From: an uncultured delta proteobacterium
GTDB lineage: Bacteria > Desulfobacterota > Desulfuromonadia > Geobacterales > Pseudopelobacteraceae
Reading direction: 5' to 3'
Assembly (NCBI GenBank): GCA_963772835.1
Contig: CAVYYZ010000018.1
Location: forward strand, 7,852 to 31,851
Length of the DNA: 24,000 nucleotides
Position numbers and translations under genes: made by a program. The notes below the pieces were generated by a model that worked only from the letters and a program-made list of their open reading frames with translations, was not told where the DNA came from and did no database searches. Shown one piece after another: positions 1 through 8,358 of the stretch. Position 1 is the first letter of the stretch. Every line of letters starts with the position of its first letter.

Positions 1-358
1 CGCCCGGAATCTCACCACATCGCCATGTCTTTGTTCTGGCCCCTATTGGTCGCCAGATGGGCAGAAGATTGTATATGCCAGCGACCACCACAATCCACTC
101 TCCAACGAGCTTGAAATCTATTTGATGGACGCAGGGGATATTGATGGGGATGGAGAGGGTGATCATCGAGCGCGTTTAACGAATTTTTGCCCTTTAGCCA
201 TGTCGGAAATGCCAGTATTTTCTCCTGATGGAACTCGAATAGCTTACAGCAATAACTCGTCTGGGAAGTTCGATATTTATTTCATGGATTCCGATGGAGC
301 GAATAAAGCCTTGTTTGTCAATTATGGCGAGAACTGTTTTGTGACAGACTGGAAGTAA
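1..358 (+). CDS. C-terminal fragment of a PD40/TolB-like beta-propeller repeat protein (5' end outside the window)
   Basis: The frame of ORF 122..358 stays open back to position 2. Two PD40-type repeats are visible: WSPDGQKIVYASD...EIYLMD and FSPDGTRIAYSNNSSGKFDIYFMDSDG. Confidence 0.7.
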   Translation, partial: ARNLTTSPCLCSGPYWSPDGQKIVYASDHHNPLSNELEIYLMDAGDIDGDGEGDHRARLTNFCPLAMSEMPVFSPDGTRIAYSNNSSGKFDIYFMDSDGANKALFVNYGENCFVTDWK

Positions 359-611
359 GTCGATTTCCGTGTGTAAGGCCTAAGCGAAGTCCCGAATGCA
401 AAGGAAGTGTCTAAGGGGATGCCCATAAAATCATAAGGGAAGAAATGGGACATTCACCGCTTTACTCTTTAATAGGGGGGTGTCTCTATTTATTTCCCTG
501 AAAAAAATCGGCGAGAGCACTAAATATCCAACCAGAAAGTTAGACCCGCAAAAACCCGAAACTTGTGGGACAACTTTATGCCCGTTGTACATAATAAGGA
601 GAAAATTAGTA

Positions 612-1109
612 ATGATGACACGCAGGAAATCAATCAGAATATTTACTGCTTTTATTTTGGCCCTGTTGTTTGTGGCTCCGGCGTTTGCGGAGGAACCACA
701 AACAATTCAGGAATGGCATGGTGGCCCGCATATTGGTTTCAGCCTGTATACCGGAATCATTGGTGCTGAAATCCAAAAAGGGCATTATGGTGTTACGCTG
801 GGAATCCCTACATGCATCGGGTTTAAATATTATCCGGATGAAAGGGGTTACCGCTGGTTTTTTGGGATCCACGCCATGCGTTTCAGCCTTGACGAGCAGA
901 AAGCAGTCGGCAATATCCCCTACAATGAGTCAATCAATACATATGCCGGAGCTGGATTTGGCTATAGATGGCGGTGGTGGGATCATCTTGACCTGACTCT
1001 CAGCCTCTCGGCAACATTCGAACAGGAAAAACTAACCGGGCTTTATGGAAACAGAACCGATAACATTCTATCTGCACTTCCCGGCCTTACCATCGGCGGT
1101 ACTTTTTGA
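612..1109 (+). CDS. Small secreted protein, probably an outer-membrane beta-barrel
   Basis: AAGGAG at 596-601 precedes ATG 612. The signal peptide is MMTRRKSIRIFTAFILALLFVAPAFA/EEP. The protein is rich in alternating aromatic/Gly residues and ends in a C-terminal Phe (GGTF). The ORF-track start at 480 lacks an RBS or signal logic. Confidence 0.5.
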   Translation: MMTRRKSIRIFTAFILALLFVAPAFAEEPQTIQEWHGGPHIGFSLYTGIIGAEIQKGHYGVTLGIPTCIGFKYYPDERGYRWFFGIHAMRFSLDEQKAVGNIPYNESINTYAGAGFGYRWRWWDHLDLTLSLSATFEQEKLTGLYGNRTDNILSALPGLTIGGTF

Positions 1110-1217
1110 AAAATACCCGGTTAAAACGCCACCATGCCCACTCTAAATTTAAAGTACACAAGTGAATGCAATCATGGATGAATTTATGTGCGGGCGGTTT
1201 TCCCCGGTATCTGACCT

Positions 1218-2408
1218 ATGCGAATAGCAAAAACATTGACTCGATACGCTAGTTTGCTCCCGCTTCTAACGCTTTGGTTCATGTCAGGATGCGTACAACT
1301 GCCGGATCAGCAGAAAAATGCGTGGCCTTGGGAATATGGCAGGGGGCAGGGCGAACCCAATATTCCTGATTATGTCTCATTCCGCGCAGGGATTGCCAAT
1401 TTCGGTGAACCGCCACGGGCTGTTAAACCAGTAACTCCAGAGGCCATAGGTTCATCGACTCCCGAAGCACGGTCGGCTATCACGATATCACCAGCAACCA
1501 GAACCGGGGCATCCTCCGGGATGGGCGTAGAAGTAGACAAAGTCGTCGCAACTCCGGCCAAGGATTACGACTTCAGGGTGGGGGAGAAGAACTCTTTATC
1601 CGCTCTATTCCACCCGGTCAACACCTACAATGCAGGCAAAGTCATAACCGCGTTTAATAATGGTTGTGCCCCGGTGTCGGTAGTCATCAATATCGATAGC
1701 AGCATGTCACACAACACTTCGGCTAACAAGACCCTTCCCTATTATGCTGTCGTGCCGGCCAATACCGACAACTCCCTGGTGCAACTGTCACCTCTGCAAA
1801 GTGGTACGCCGATCAGTTTCCGCTACAGCTTTCAATGGACTATCGGGGACTATACCGCACGCCACAATTGCATGGAACATTATCGGTTCCCGTTCGATAA
1901 GAAGATCCGGGCATATGCCCAGGTGAACGATGGGAAAGATTCCTCTCCCTACGCCCGCTATGCCGTCATCTTTTCTGTGCCGAAGGGAACAGCTGTCCTC
2001 GCTGCCCGTAAAGGCACGATAGTTCGTAGCGATCCGGACGGCAAGATTGACATCCTGCACGAAGACGCCACAATCGGAACGTACAGCCACCTCGAAACCA
2101 TTGCCGGGAACATGACTGTCGGGAAAACTGTGACAACCGAGGATGTCATTGGCATCGCCGGCACAGCAGAAAACAACAGAGATGCGTACATGCAGTTAAC
2201 AGTCTGGCGACCGGAGCCACGGGCTGGTACCTCTTTGTTGATCAGCACCCAACAGATAGGTTTTGATGCTGTGTCATTCCCGCTGCCATTCAGTGCCATG
2301 GCTTCTGAAAAAGGTAAAGTTCTGGTAGAAAGCCAAACGGTATCCAGAGGCAAATTGCCGACATTAAATAAGCAGTCAAAGAAAAAGCCAAAGGCGGCCA
2401 ATCTTTGA
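1218..2408 (+). CDS. Lipoprotein with a degenerate LytM/peptidase-M23-like C-terminal domain
   Basis: Lipobox LWFMSGC. The segment GTAVLAARKGTIV...IDILHEDATIGTYSHLETI...VGKTVTTEDVIGIAGT...AYMQLTVW follows the M23 fold pattern. The catalytic HxxxD and HxH residues are replaced, with MQL in place of HLH. Confidence 0.6.
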   Translation: MRIAKTLTRYASLLPLLTLWFMSGCVQLPDQQKNAWPWEYGRGQGEPNIPDYVSFRAGIANFGEPPRAVKPVTPEAIGSSTPEARSAITISPATRTGASSGMGVEVDKVVATPAKDYDFRVGEKNSLSALFHPVNTYNAGKVITAFNNGCAPVSVVINIDSSMSHNTSANKTLPYYAVVPANTDNSLVQLSPLQSGTPISFRYSFQWTIGDYTARHNCMEHYRFPFDKKIRAYAQVNDGKDSSPYARYAVIFSVPKGTAVLAARKGTIVRSDPDGKIDILHEDATIGTYSHLETIAGNMTVGKTVTTEDVIGIAGTAENNRDAYMQLTVWRPEPRAGTSLLISTQQIGFDAVSFPLPFSAMASEKGKVLVESQTVSRGKLPTLNKQSKKKPKAANL

Positions 2409-2564
2409 AATGCAGCAACGGAAAGTGCCAGGTCTAAGCATTGACAAGATACGGGAATTTCCAACGAAGAATATGGACACAGGCCGAACAAAGAAACCGG
2501 GCAGGCGGGTCATTTCCCGGGCCGTTAAGGAGCAAGACCTAAAAACCAGCTTGGAGGATAATTT

Positions 2565-2891
2565 ATGAAATGGATTTTTACTGTTTTTGCCATTGGAATA
2601 GCGTTTTCATCCGGGCATGCGTATGCCGACAACTTCCGCTGTCCCAATGACAATATTGTCTCCACCGGAGACAGCATCTCCACTGTTGCGTCCAAATGTG
2701 ATTACCCTGCCTTCATGTTCAAGCGAGAGGAGCCGATGATGATTGAAGACAACAGAACAGACAGCAGGACAGGAACTAAAATCATCTATATTGAGGTGCA
2801 AGAGTGGACTTACAATCAGGGTTTATCACATACGTTGATATTCCGTAACGGTATCTTTTCAGAGATCCGTTTTGGTGGCTTTGCCAATTGA
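2565..2891 (+). CDS. DUF2845-like small periplasmic protein
   Basis: GGAGG RBS and a signal peptide ending HAYA. Pattern FRCPNDNIVSTGDSISTVASKCDYP...WTYNQG...LIFRNGIFSEI matches my recollection of DUF2845. Confidence 0.6.
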   Translation: MKWIFTVFAIGIAFSSGHAYADNFRCPNDNIVSTGDSISTVASKCDYPAFMFKREEPMMIEDNRTDSRTGTKIIYIEVQEWTYNQGLSHTLIFRNGIFSEIRFGGFAN

Positions 2892-2902
2892 TGTAGAGAG
2901 TA

Positions 2903-2926
2903 AAAACAGGGACGCTTCCCTGTTTT
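2903..2926. terminator. Bidirectional rho-independent terminator between convergent genes
   Basis: Perfect 10-bp stem AAAACAGGGA / TCCCTGTTTT with loop CGCT. A- and T-runs lie on either side. It sits between the DUF2845 stop (2891) and the AEC stop (2972). Confidence 0.6.
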
Positions 2927-2971
2927 CCGGCTTAAAAAATCGGGGATTGTCCCTGTTTATTCCAATGACTG

Positions 2972-3916
2972 TCATAGTCCGTAATGCCGCAGCAGGAGGA
3001 GCAGCAGGGTGTAGCTGACCGCTGACGTCAGGGTCGAGAGCATAACGATGGAAGCAGCAAGCTCTCCATCAGCCTTCATCTGGTGGGCCATGATGTAGGT
3101 AGCGGTTGCCGTGGGAGTGCCGGCCAGCAGAATTCCGATACCTAGATCGACCCCCCGGACGCCAAAGGCAATCAAGAGCAAGCCAGCCACCAGCGGCATG
3201 CCGAGCAGTTTGAAGAGGGTGGCGATGCCGGCCGATTTGAGATCTCCCTTGAGGCGTTGTAATGAAAAGGAGCCGCCGATTGCTAACAGCGCCAGGGGGA
3301 GGGTTAAACCTGCGACAATGCCGAGACTGCTCTTGAGGATGATCGGCACCGGCAGGCTGAAATAACTCCAGATGATCCCGGTGAATGAAGCGATAATTAA
3401 GGGGTTAAGCATGATCTCACGCAGCCAGTTTTGTTTTGGTCCATCTGAATCGTTGTGTCGTTGCGGCCAGATCAGGGCGATGATGGCGAACAGATTCAGG
3501 ACCGGCACCAGAAACCCCATCAGAATGCTGGCGCGCGTCAGCCCCGATTCACCGTAGGCATTCAGACAGATCGCCAGACCGACGAAGGCAAGATTGCCGC
3601 GAAAACTCCCCTGACTGAAACTGCCGAGACTTGCGGGCGGGTATTTACGCAGATGGCCGTAGGCGTAGCTGACAGCGAACAGGCAGACGATCGCCAGCGA
3701 CGACCCGGCGACCAGAGGGCCGTTAAATTCGGTGACGAAATCGGCTTGCGATATCTTGTAAAACAGCAGGATCGGCAGAAAAACCAAATAGACCAGGCGA
3801 TTGGTCTGGCGGGTGAAGGCATCGTCAAACAGCCCCATGCGTCGCAGCAGAAAGCCCAAAGCGATCACCAGGAAAACCGGCAGAACGATTCTGATTGTTT
3901 CAAAAAATAGTGCCAT
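2972..3916 (-). CDS. AEC (auxin efflux carrier) family transporter
   Basis: About 10 TM helices. The N-terminus MALFFETIRIVLPVFLVIALGFLLRR is typical of AEC permeases. The start is chosen at the ATG preceded by GGAGG (ACGGAGGTTGCATG). The ORF-track start at 3949 is 11 codons upstream. Confidence 0.8.
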   Translation of the reverse strand: MALFFETIRIVLPVFLVIALGFLLRRMGLFDDAFTRQTNRLVYLVFLPILLFYKISQADFVTEFNGPLVAGSSLAIVCLFAVSYAYGHLRKYPPASLGSFSQGSFRGNLAFVGLAICLNAYGESGLTRASILMGFLVPVLNLFAIIALIWPQRHNDSDGPKQNWLREIMLNPLIIASFTGIIWSYFSLPVPIILKSSLGIVAGLTLPLALLAIGGSFSLQRLKGDLKSAGIATLFKLLGMPLVAGLLLIAFGVRGVDLGIGILLAGTPTATATYIMAHQMKADGELAASIVMLSTLTSAVSYTLLLLLLRHYGL

Positions 3917-4417
3917 GCAACCTCCGTATGAAAGCGGAGAATAGCTCAAATTACCTCCAGCGCCAATATAAACCCTGAAATCCTAAAGGATTTTAGACAA
4001 ATAAGGATAAAAAAGGATAAAAATCGCTTTTTTAACTGGTTGGTACATATGCCCGGTACTGGGTAGTGTTAACGTAATTTCGGAGGGATTTCTGAGGAGA
4101 TGACGATATTTCAAGCGTCCCAGAGGGGTCAACTCTTGATACGGGACAAAAGTAACGTGAGTGCCCGGCAAGATAGAAGCACCGACCTCAAACCTCCACT
4201 GTTTCCCCGGCCGTTATGCAGAAAGCTTTCACCAGGCTTTCACTAATCTGGCTATAGTGAGGTAGATTTGAATGGCTTTTATTGGACTATTGAAGGCGTA
4301 AAAACGGAGTTAACTTTTTGGTATTACTGTGCCTTATCTAAAATATTAAGGTTGCACTTATAGAGATACCACCCTGTGAATGCCGGTGAATGGAAACAGG
4401 GAGATTCCGGATTGAAA

Positions 4418-5110
4418 CTACCCGGGATGCACCTTCAGGATGCCGGTAATTTCGTGCTGCATATTTTTCGTATCAATATCCGCCCACCGCAGGAGTGAAC
4501 CCCACGTTTTTACCCCGCTTTTAACTTCATGATAGATCTGCTGTGCCGGCTGTCCGGTCTTGACGGCGATAACGGCGGCAATAATCAATTCCTGGTTCGA
4601 TGCTCCTGCCTGACGCAGTGCAGCCACCTCACCTTCCGACATCAAACGCTTGCGAACAAACAAATCATCCACCACAGCTTCTGCCAGCCGGGTCGTTGAT
4701 GACTTTGCATTCAGGGCTGCTGTGAACCGAGTACCCAAGGCGTTCGCGCTAAGTCGTAGCGGCCCAATGACGTCTCTCCACTCACCCTTTTCACCCTTTG
4801 CCTGAAGCAGGGCATCGGGCGACGCCCCCGATTTGGAAGCGATCCAATAGGCGATCCACAGGTCGTCAGCAGCGGCCCCCTGCTGTTTTTTGAATACGAT
4901 GGTTCTCTTGTCGACAGTAAAGGCGAGGGCAAAAAAACTGTTTTGCGTCGTGGCCAGAAAGTAAGGGTCGGCTGCCGCAGGCCGCGCCGTTTCATAGGAG
5001 CGGTCGGTGAAGCAATGACAGGTAATTGCAGGCACGGCCAGTGCCGGCATCGGAAGCATGAGGAGAAAAAAAAGAGTGAAATGGAAGCTGCTGCAGGTTG
5101 TGTGTCGCAT
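4418..5110 (-). CDS. Secreted hypothetical protein with an N-terminal CHC motif
   Basis: AAGGGA RBS. Signal peptide ...LPMPALA/VPAITCHCF. The mature protein is helical and Ala-rich. I recognise no family. Confidence 0.5.
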   Translation of the reverse strand: MRHTTCSSFHFTLFFLLMLPMPALAVPAITCHCFTDRSYETARPAAADPYFLATTQNSFFALAFTVDKRTIVFKKQQGAAADDLWIAYWIASKSGASPDALLQAKGEKGEWRDVIGPLRLSANALGTRFTAALNAKSSTTRLAEAVVDDLFVRKRLMSEGEVAALRQAGASNQELIIAAVIAVKTGQPAQQIYHEVKSGVKTWGSLLRWADIDTKNMQHEITGILKVHPG

Positions 5111-5174
5111 AAAAATCCCTTGTTCCGGTTATAATACCTGTGTGGGCAGAAACGGTGGTGCGGCAGTAGTACTC

Positions 5175-6089
5175 CTACCACCACCGCCAGAGTGAAAGGA
5201 TCAGGATGATAATGAAGACGATCGCCAGATTCATGTGTGCCATGAAGAAAAATACCCGTTCGTGCAGCGGCGTTTTTCGGGGGGCAGCGGCAAGAAACGC
5301 TCCTGTTGACGGCATTGCGGTCACTTTCTCCCGTCCGTGCGGCGCCAGTTTCAGCGCCTCTGTCAAGTCGTTACCGGCGTTGTGCCTCCCCATGTGAACC
5401 CCCTGTTTCCAGAGGCTGCTCTGAGTCGCATCATAGACTTTTCCCTCAAACGCGAAACAGGCCGGTCGACCCTCTTTCCCGTCGAAAGAGGCCAGACTCT
5501 CACGGGTAAATTCACCTGTGGCGTCAGTCGGCGGCAACTCCTTCTTTCTTGCTTTGAGACGCGGTCCGATGACGGTGATGACGAACAGGGCAGAGAGTAC
5601 CATGACCAGATAGAGGGAAATCTTGATGATCAGGAGGATACCAAAGCGGGTGTGAATGAGTGTGTCAAACGAGGTCACCCGATAGAAGGTCAAAAATGCA
5701 CCGGTTATTCCCATGACGATCATCGAAATAATGCCGACTCTCAGCTCACCGCGAGGAAGTCCGCCGACCGCATAGGCAGGCTTGAGAATAAGGTGCACAT
5801 AGAGGATCGTACCGAACCAGAAAACGGCGGTCAGGAAGTGGATGAAGCCGATAGCCAGCCGGAGCCCTTTGGCGATGTTTGTCTTTCCGGGACTTTCTGT
5901 TGCGGCATGACGCGATCCGGCAAAGGATTTGCCGGCCGCAGTCAGTTCACCACCACCGCCCGGGGCGAGATGGCAGACAGCACATGCCTGGCCGGTCTGC
6001 CCGGCATACTCCTCGGTCGCACTTACCGGGTGCGGCGGTAACAGCACGAATAACGACAATAGAACAATTCCGGCGATGATCGTGCGCAT
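5175..6089 (-). CDS. Membrane redox protein: N-terminal CxxCH heme-c motif, TM helices, then a cytochrome b5-like heme/steroid-binding domain and a terminal TM anchor
   Basis: Signal/TM segment followed by QACAVCH. Three hydrophobic helices follow. FTRESLASFDGKEGRPACFAFEGKVYDATQSSLWKQGVHMGRHNAGNDLTEALKLAPHG matches COG4892-type b5-like domains. The start is taken at MRTIIAG (AAGGGG RBS); an alternative start is at 6104. Confidence 0.6.
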   Translation of the reverse strand: MRTIIAGIVLLSLFVLLPPHPVSATEEYAGQTGQACAVCHLAPGGGGELTAAGKSFAGSRHAATESPGKTNIAKGLRLAIGFIHFLTAVFWFGTILYVHLILKPAYAVGGLPRGELRVGIISMIVMGITGAFLTFYRVTSFDTLIHTRFGILLIIKISLYLVMVLSALFVITVIGPRLKARKKELPPTDATGEFTRESLASFDGKEGRPACFAFEGKVYDATQSSLWKQGVHMGRHNAGNDLTEALKLAPHGREKVTAMPSTGAFLAAAPRKTPLHERVFFFMAHMNLAIVFIIILILSLWRWW

Positions 6090-6175
6090 ATTGGCCCCTT
6101 CCATCTTTAAAGAAGATTTCTTTATACCATCGTCCCGCGTGGTTCAGGCACGTTAATTCAGTCTGTACGGTTGGC

Positions 6176-6889
6176 TCAGAGTTCTGACGCTTTCGGGAAG
6201 AGAATGTTGTTCTCCAGGTGAACATGCTTGTGGAGATCATCCTCGAACTCTTTGAGCATCCGGTACGTGACCATATAGGTAGTGCAGACTCCGTCCGGTA
6301 GTGCATATCCTCTGGAGAGATGTCTGACCGTGTGGACGGCGTCGCCAATCTCTTCGTGCTCGCGATGGAGCGTGAGAAGTGATTGCCGGATCGTTTCCCG
6401 GTCGTGGGCATCCGGTGTAATGCCGGCTATTCTGGCCGCATCGACCCGCTTGATGGCAGGGAAAAACACCTCCTCCTCTTCTTTGAGGTGGATCGACATG
6501 TCGGATGCAACCTTGCTGAAGATGGCGGCGATCCGGATCACCTCGGGATGGTGAGCGCCATGAACATCGGCTATCTTCCGTGCGTAGGCGGCAATCTGAT
6601 CGTCGTTTTCCTTGAGATAGGTATGGTGGGTGTTAACGATATAGTCGGCGAGGAACGGCAGTGCCCACGATGAATAATTCTGACTACGATCAACCGGATC
6701 ACCCTTCACCGCCTCAAGCTCCCCGGTAATTGCGGCAAGATCGAGCCCCTGTTTCGTACAGATTGCCGCGAGGGGAACAGTGCCGCCGCAGCAGAAATCG
6801 ATGCCGTGATGTTCAAAAACCGCAGCGGTGCGGAAATCTGCAGCGACAATCCCGCCAATGGTTGTGTTCCCTGTTGCTTTGTCCGACAT
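6176..6889 (-). CDS. ric: Iron-sulfur cluster repair di-iron protein (RIC; ScdA/YtfE family)
   Basis: ScdA_N motif FEHHGIDFCCGG followed by a hemerythrin-like His/Glu-rich domain. GGAGGAGAAGACC precedes ATG at 6889. Confidence 0.85.
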   Translation of the reverse strand: MSDKATGNTTIGGIVAADFRTAAVFEHHGIDFCCGGTVPLAAICTKQGLDLAAITGELEAVKGDPVDRSQNYSSWALPFLADYIVNTHHTYLKENDDQIAAYARKIADVHGAHHPEVIRIAAIFSKVASDMSIHLKEEEEVFFPAIKRVDAARIAGITPDAHDRETIRQSLLTLHREHEEIGDAVHTVRHLSRGYALPDGVCTTYMVTYRMLKEFEDDLHKHVHLENNILFPKASEL

Positions 6890-6976
6890 GGTCTTCTCCT
6901 CCTGTGGATTATGCGGCAAGCGGCATTCACCGGTGCCTCTGTTACTCAATAAGACACCTGATTATGGAAAAGAGCT

Positions 6977-6990
6977 TTGACTCACATCAA
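6977..6990. promoter_or_regulatory. CRP/FNR-family-like palindrome upstream of ric
   Basis: TTGACTCACATCAA reads TTGAT-GTGA-GTCAA on the minus strand, 9/10 to the TTGAT-N4-ATCAA consensus. It lies 88 nt upstream of the ric start. Confidence 0.25.
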
Positions 6991-7048
6991 GAATGACGAC
7001 ATCAATATAATCAAGGGGAAAAAGTGCCGGGATGAAACGAGGAGGATT

Positions 7049-7738
7049 CTACGGGAGACCCTGCCATACAAACCACCCACCCACCAGCGAGACAACCAAT
7101 CCACTGACACGCCTGGCCCAGAGTGAAAAGTTGGCCACCCCGCGTGCCTTGACGAACCCTTCCACAAAACCGGTGAATGTTCCGGCGAAGAGCATCAGCA
7201 GACAATGTCCGACGGCGTAGCAGAAGAGCAGGGCGATGCCGTACAGTACCTGACCTTTGCCGGCCACCAGAGTCAGCAGCACCACCAGAACCGGAGTGGC
7301 ACAGGGTGAGGATACCACCCCGAAGAAGAGACCCAGCAGGAAGGCTCCGGCAATGCCGCCCCGTTTTGGTTTGAAATCCCGCTTTATTGGAAGGCGTATC
7401 TCATACAGCCCCATCAATTGACCACCCATGACCAGTGCAATTGCTCCGGCAATCAGGTACCACGGGCCTCCCAGGGTGCCGAACATGGTTCCCAGAAGTC
7501 CTGCTGCCGCACCGAAGGCGGTGAAGGTCAGGGAAAGTCCAAGAATGAAGACCAACGAATACCGGAAGGCTTTACCGCGATCGCCATCGCTGTAGCCACC
7601 CACGAAACCGACCACCAGCGGGATGGTGGCCAGCACACAGGGAGAAGCGGAAGAGACAACCCCGGCAAGAAAAACCGCGCCGAAAGCAATCAGTGGATAG
7701 AGCGTTATGATTTGTTCAATGTCATCCGGAAAACTCAT
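7049..7738 (-). CDS. ccdA: CcdA/DsbD-type transmembrane thiol:disulfide electron transporter
   Basis: Six TM helices carry the two conserved membrane-embedded Cys motifs (SSASPCVLATIPLV and VSSPCATPVLV). Confidence 0.8.
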   Translation of the reverse strand: MSFPDDIEQIITLYPLIAFGAVFLAGVVSSASPCVLATIPLVVGFVGGYSDGDRGKAFRYSLVFILGLSLTFTAFGAAAGLLGTMFGTLGGPWYLIAGAIALVMGGQLMGLYEIRLPIKRDFKPKRGGIAGAFLLGLFFGVVSSPCATPVLVVLLTLVAGKGQVLYGIALLFCYAVGHCLLMLFAGTFTGFVEGFVKARGVANFSLWARRVSGLVVSLVGGWFVWQGLP

Positions 7739-8112
7739 TTGAGCCCTGCTGCCTTCAGCTCTTTTACGATTTCAGGCTTGTCCATAAAACCGATATGTCG
7801 CTTGACTTCTTTCCCTTTTGCATCAAAGAAAATCTGGGTCGGGATCATCTGGACGCGGAACTTTTCAGCGGCAGCCTGATCTCCATGGACATCGATGAAA
7901 AGGACACTGGCTCTCCCGCGATATTCTCCGGAAAGAGATTCCAGAATCGGCGCCATTTTTTTACAGGGGATACAGGTGCGGGCACCCAGGTCGATGACCG
8001 TCGGCTTACCGGAAGAGAGCGCCTGATTTATTACCGCTGCCGTTGCACCGGGAAGTTCGGCATGGGCGGTGGTTGCGAACAAGACAAACAAAAATGCCGA
8101 AAACAGCTTCAT
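7735..8112 (-). CDS. Periplasmic thioredoxin-fold protein (CxxC = CIPC)
   Basis: Signal peptide ...TTAHA/ELP. Thioredoxin pattern VIDLGARTCIPCKKMAPILE...IPTQIFFD. ATGA overlap with ccdA. Confidence 0.75.
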   Translation of the reverse strand: MKLFSAFLFVLFATTAHAELPGATAAVINQALSSGKPTVIDLGARTCIPCKKMAPILESLSGEYRGRASVLFIDVHGDQAAAEKFRVQMIPTQIFFDAKGKEVKRHIGFMDKPEIVKELKAAGLK

Positions 8113-8339
8113 GGCAGCATTCCCATGATTTCGGCCGCCGAGGCAACCTTGCCGGAAAACTTTATCTGGCCGTCAATCACCAGTGCCGGGGTGCTCATGA
8201 CTCCGTAGGCCATGATTTTAGGTATCTCTTCAACTTTGATAATTTCCGCATTCTTGCCGCTTTCTTCCACCGCTTTCTTTACGTTTTCGTAGAGGGTCTT
8301 GCATTTTGAACAGCCGGTGCCCAACACTTCAATCTTCAT
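8109..8339 (-). CDS. Thioredoxin_3 / redox-active disulfide protein 2 family (CxxC = CSKC)
   Basis: 76 aa: MKIEVLGTGCSKCKTLYENV...TPALVIDG. This small protein is classically paired with COG0701 permeases under ArsR control. ATGA overlap with the next gene. Confidence 0.75.
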   Translation of the reverse strand: MKIEVLGTGCSKCKTLYENVKKAVEESGKNAEIIKVEEIPKIMAYGVMSTPALVIDGQIKFSGKVASAAEIMGMLP

Positions 8340-8358
8340 GATTCATTCTCCTTTTTGA

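Noticed and set aside
480-611. N-terminal extension of the OM beta-barrel ORF (track start at 480).
   Set aside because: AAGGAG plus ATG at 612 yields a canonical signal peptide. The upstream 44 codons have no RBS and would bury the signal sequence.
4004-4023. Perfect tandem 10-mer AGGATAAAAA x2. It reads as TTATCC-containing, DnaA-box-like repeats on the other strand.
   Set aside because: There are only two copies and no full TTATCCACA boxes or replication genes nearby. It is most simply a pair of phased A-tracts upstream of the AEC promoter.
4152-4166. Sigma54-like element on the minus strand (GGGCAC-N5-TTAC).
   Set aside because: The conserved GC of the -12 element is AC here. The site lies about 240 nt from the nearest start and no enhancer-binding protein gene is nearby.
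3983-4171. A 62-aa ORF lies on the minus strand in the 500-bp gap between the AEC transporter and the CHC protein gene.
   Set aside because: It has no RBS and no recognisable motif, and its composition is typical of AT-rich intergenic DNA. The gap is better explained as a 3' UTR plus promoter region.
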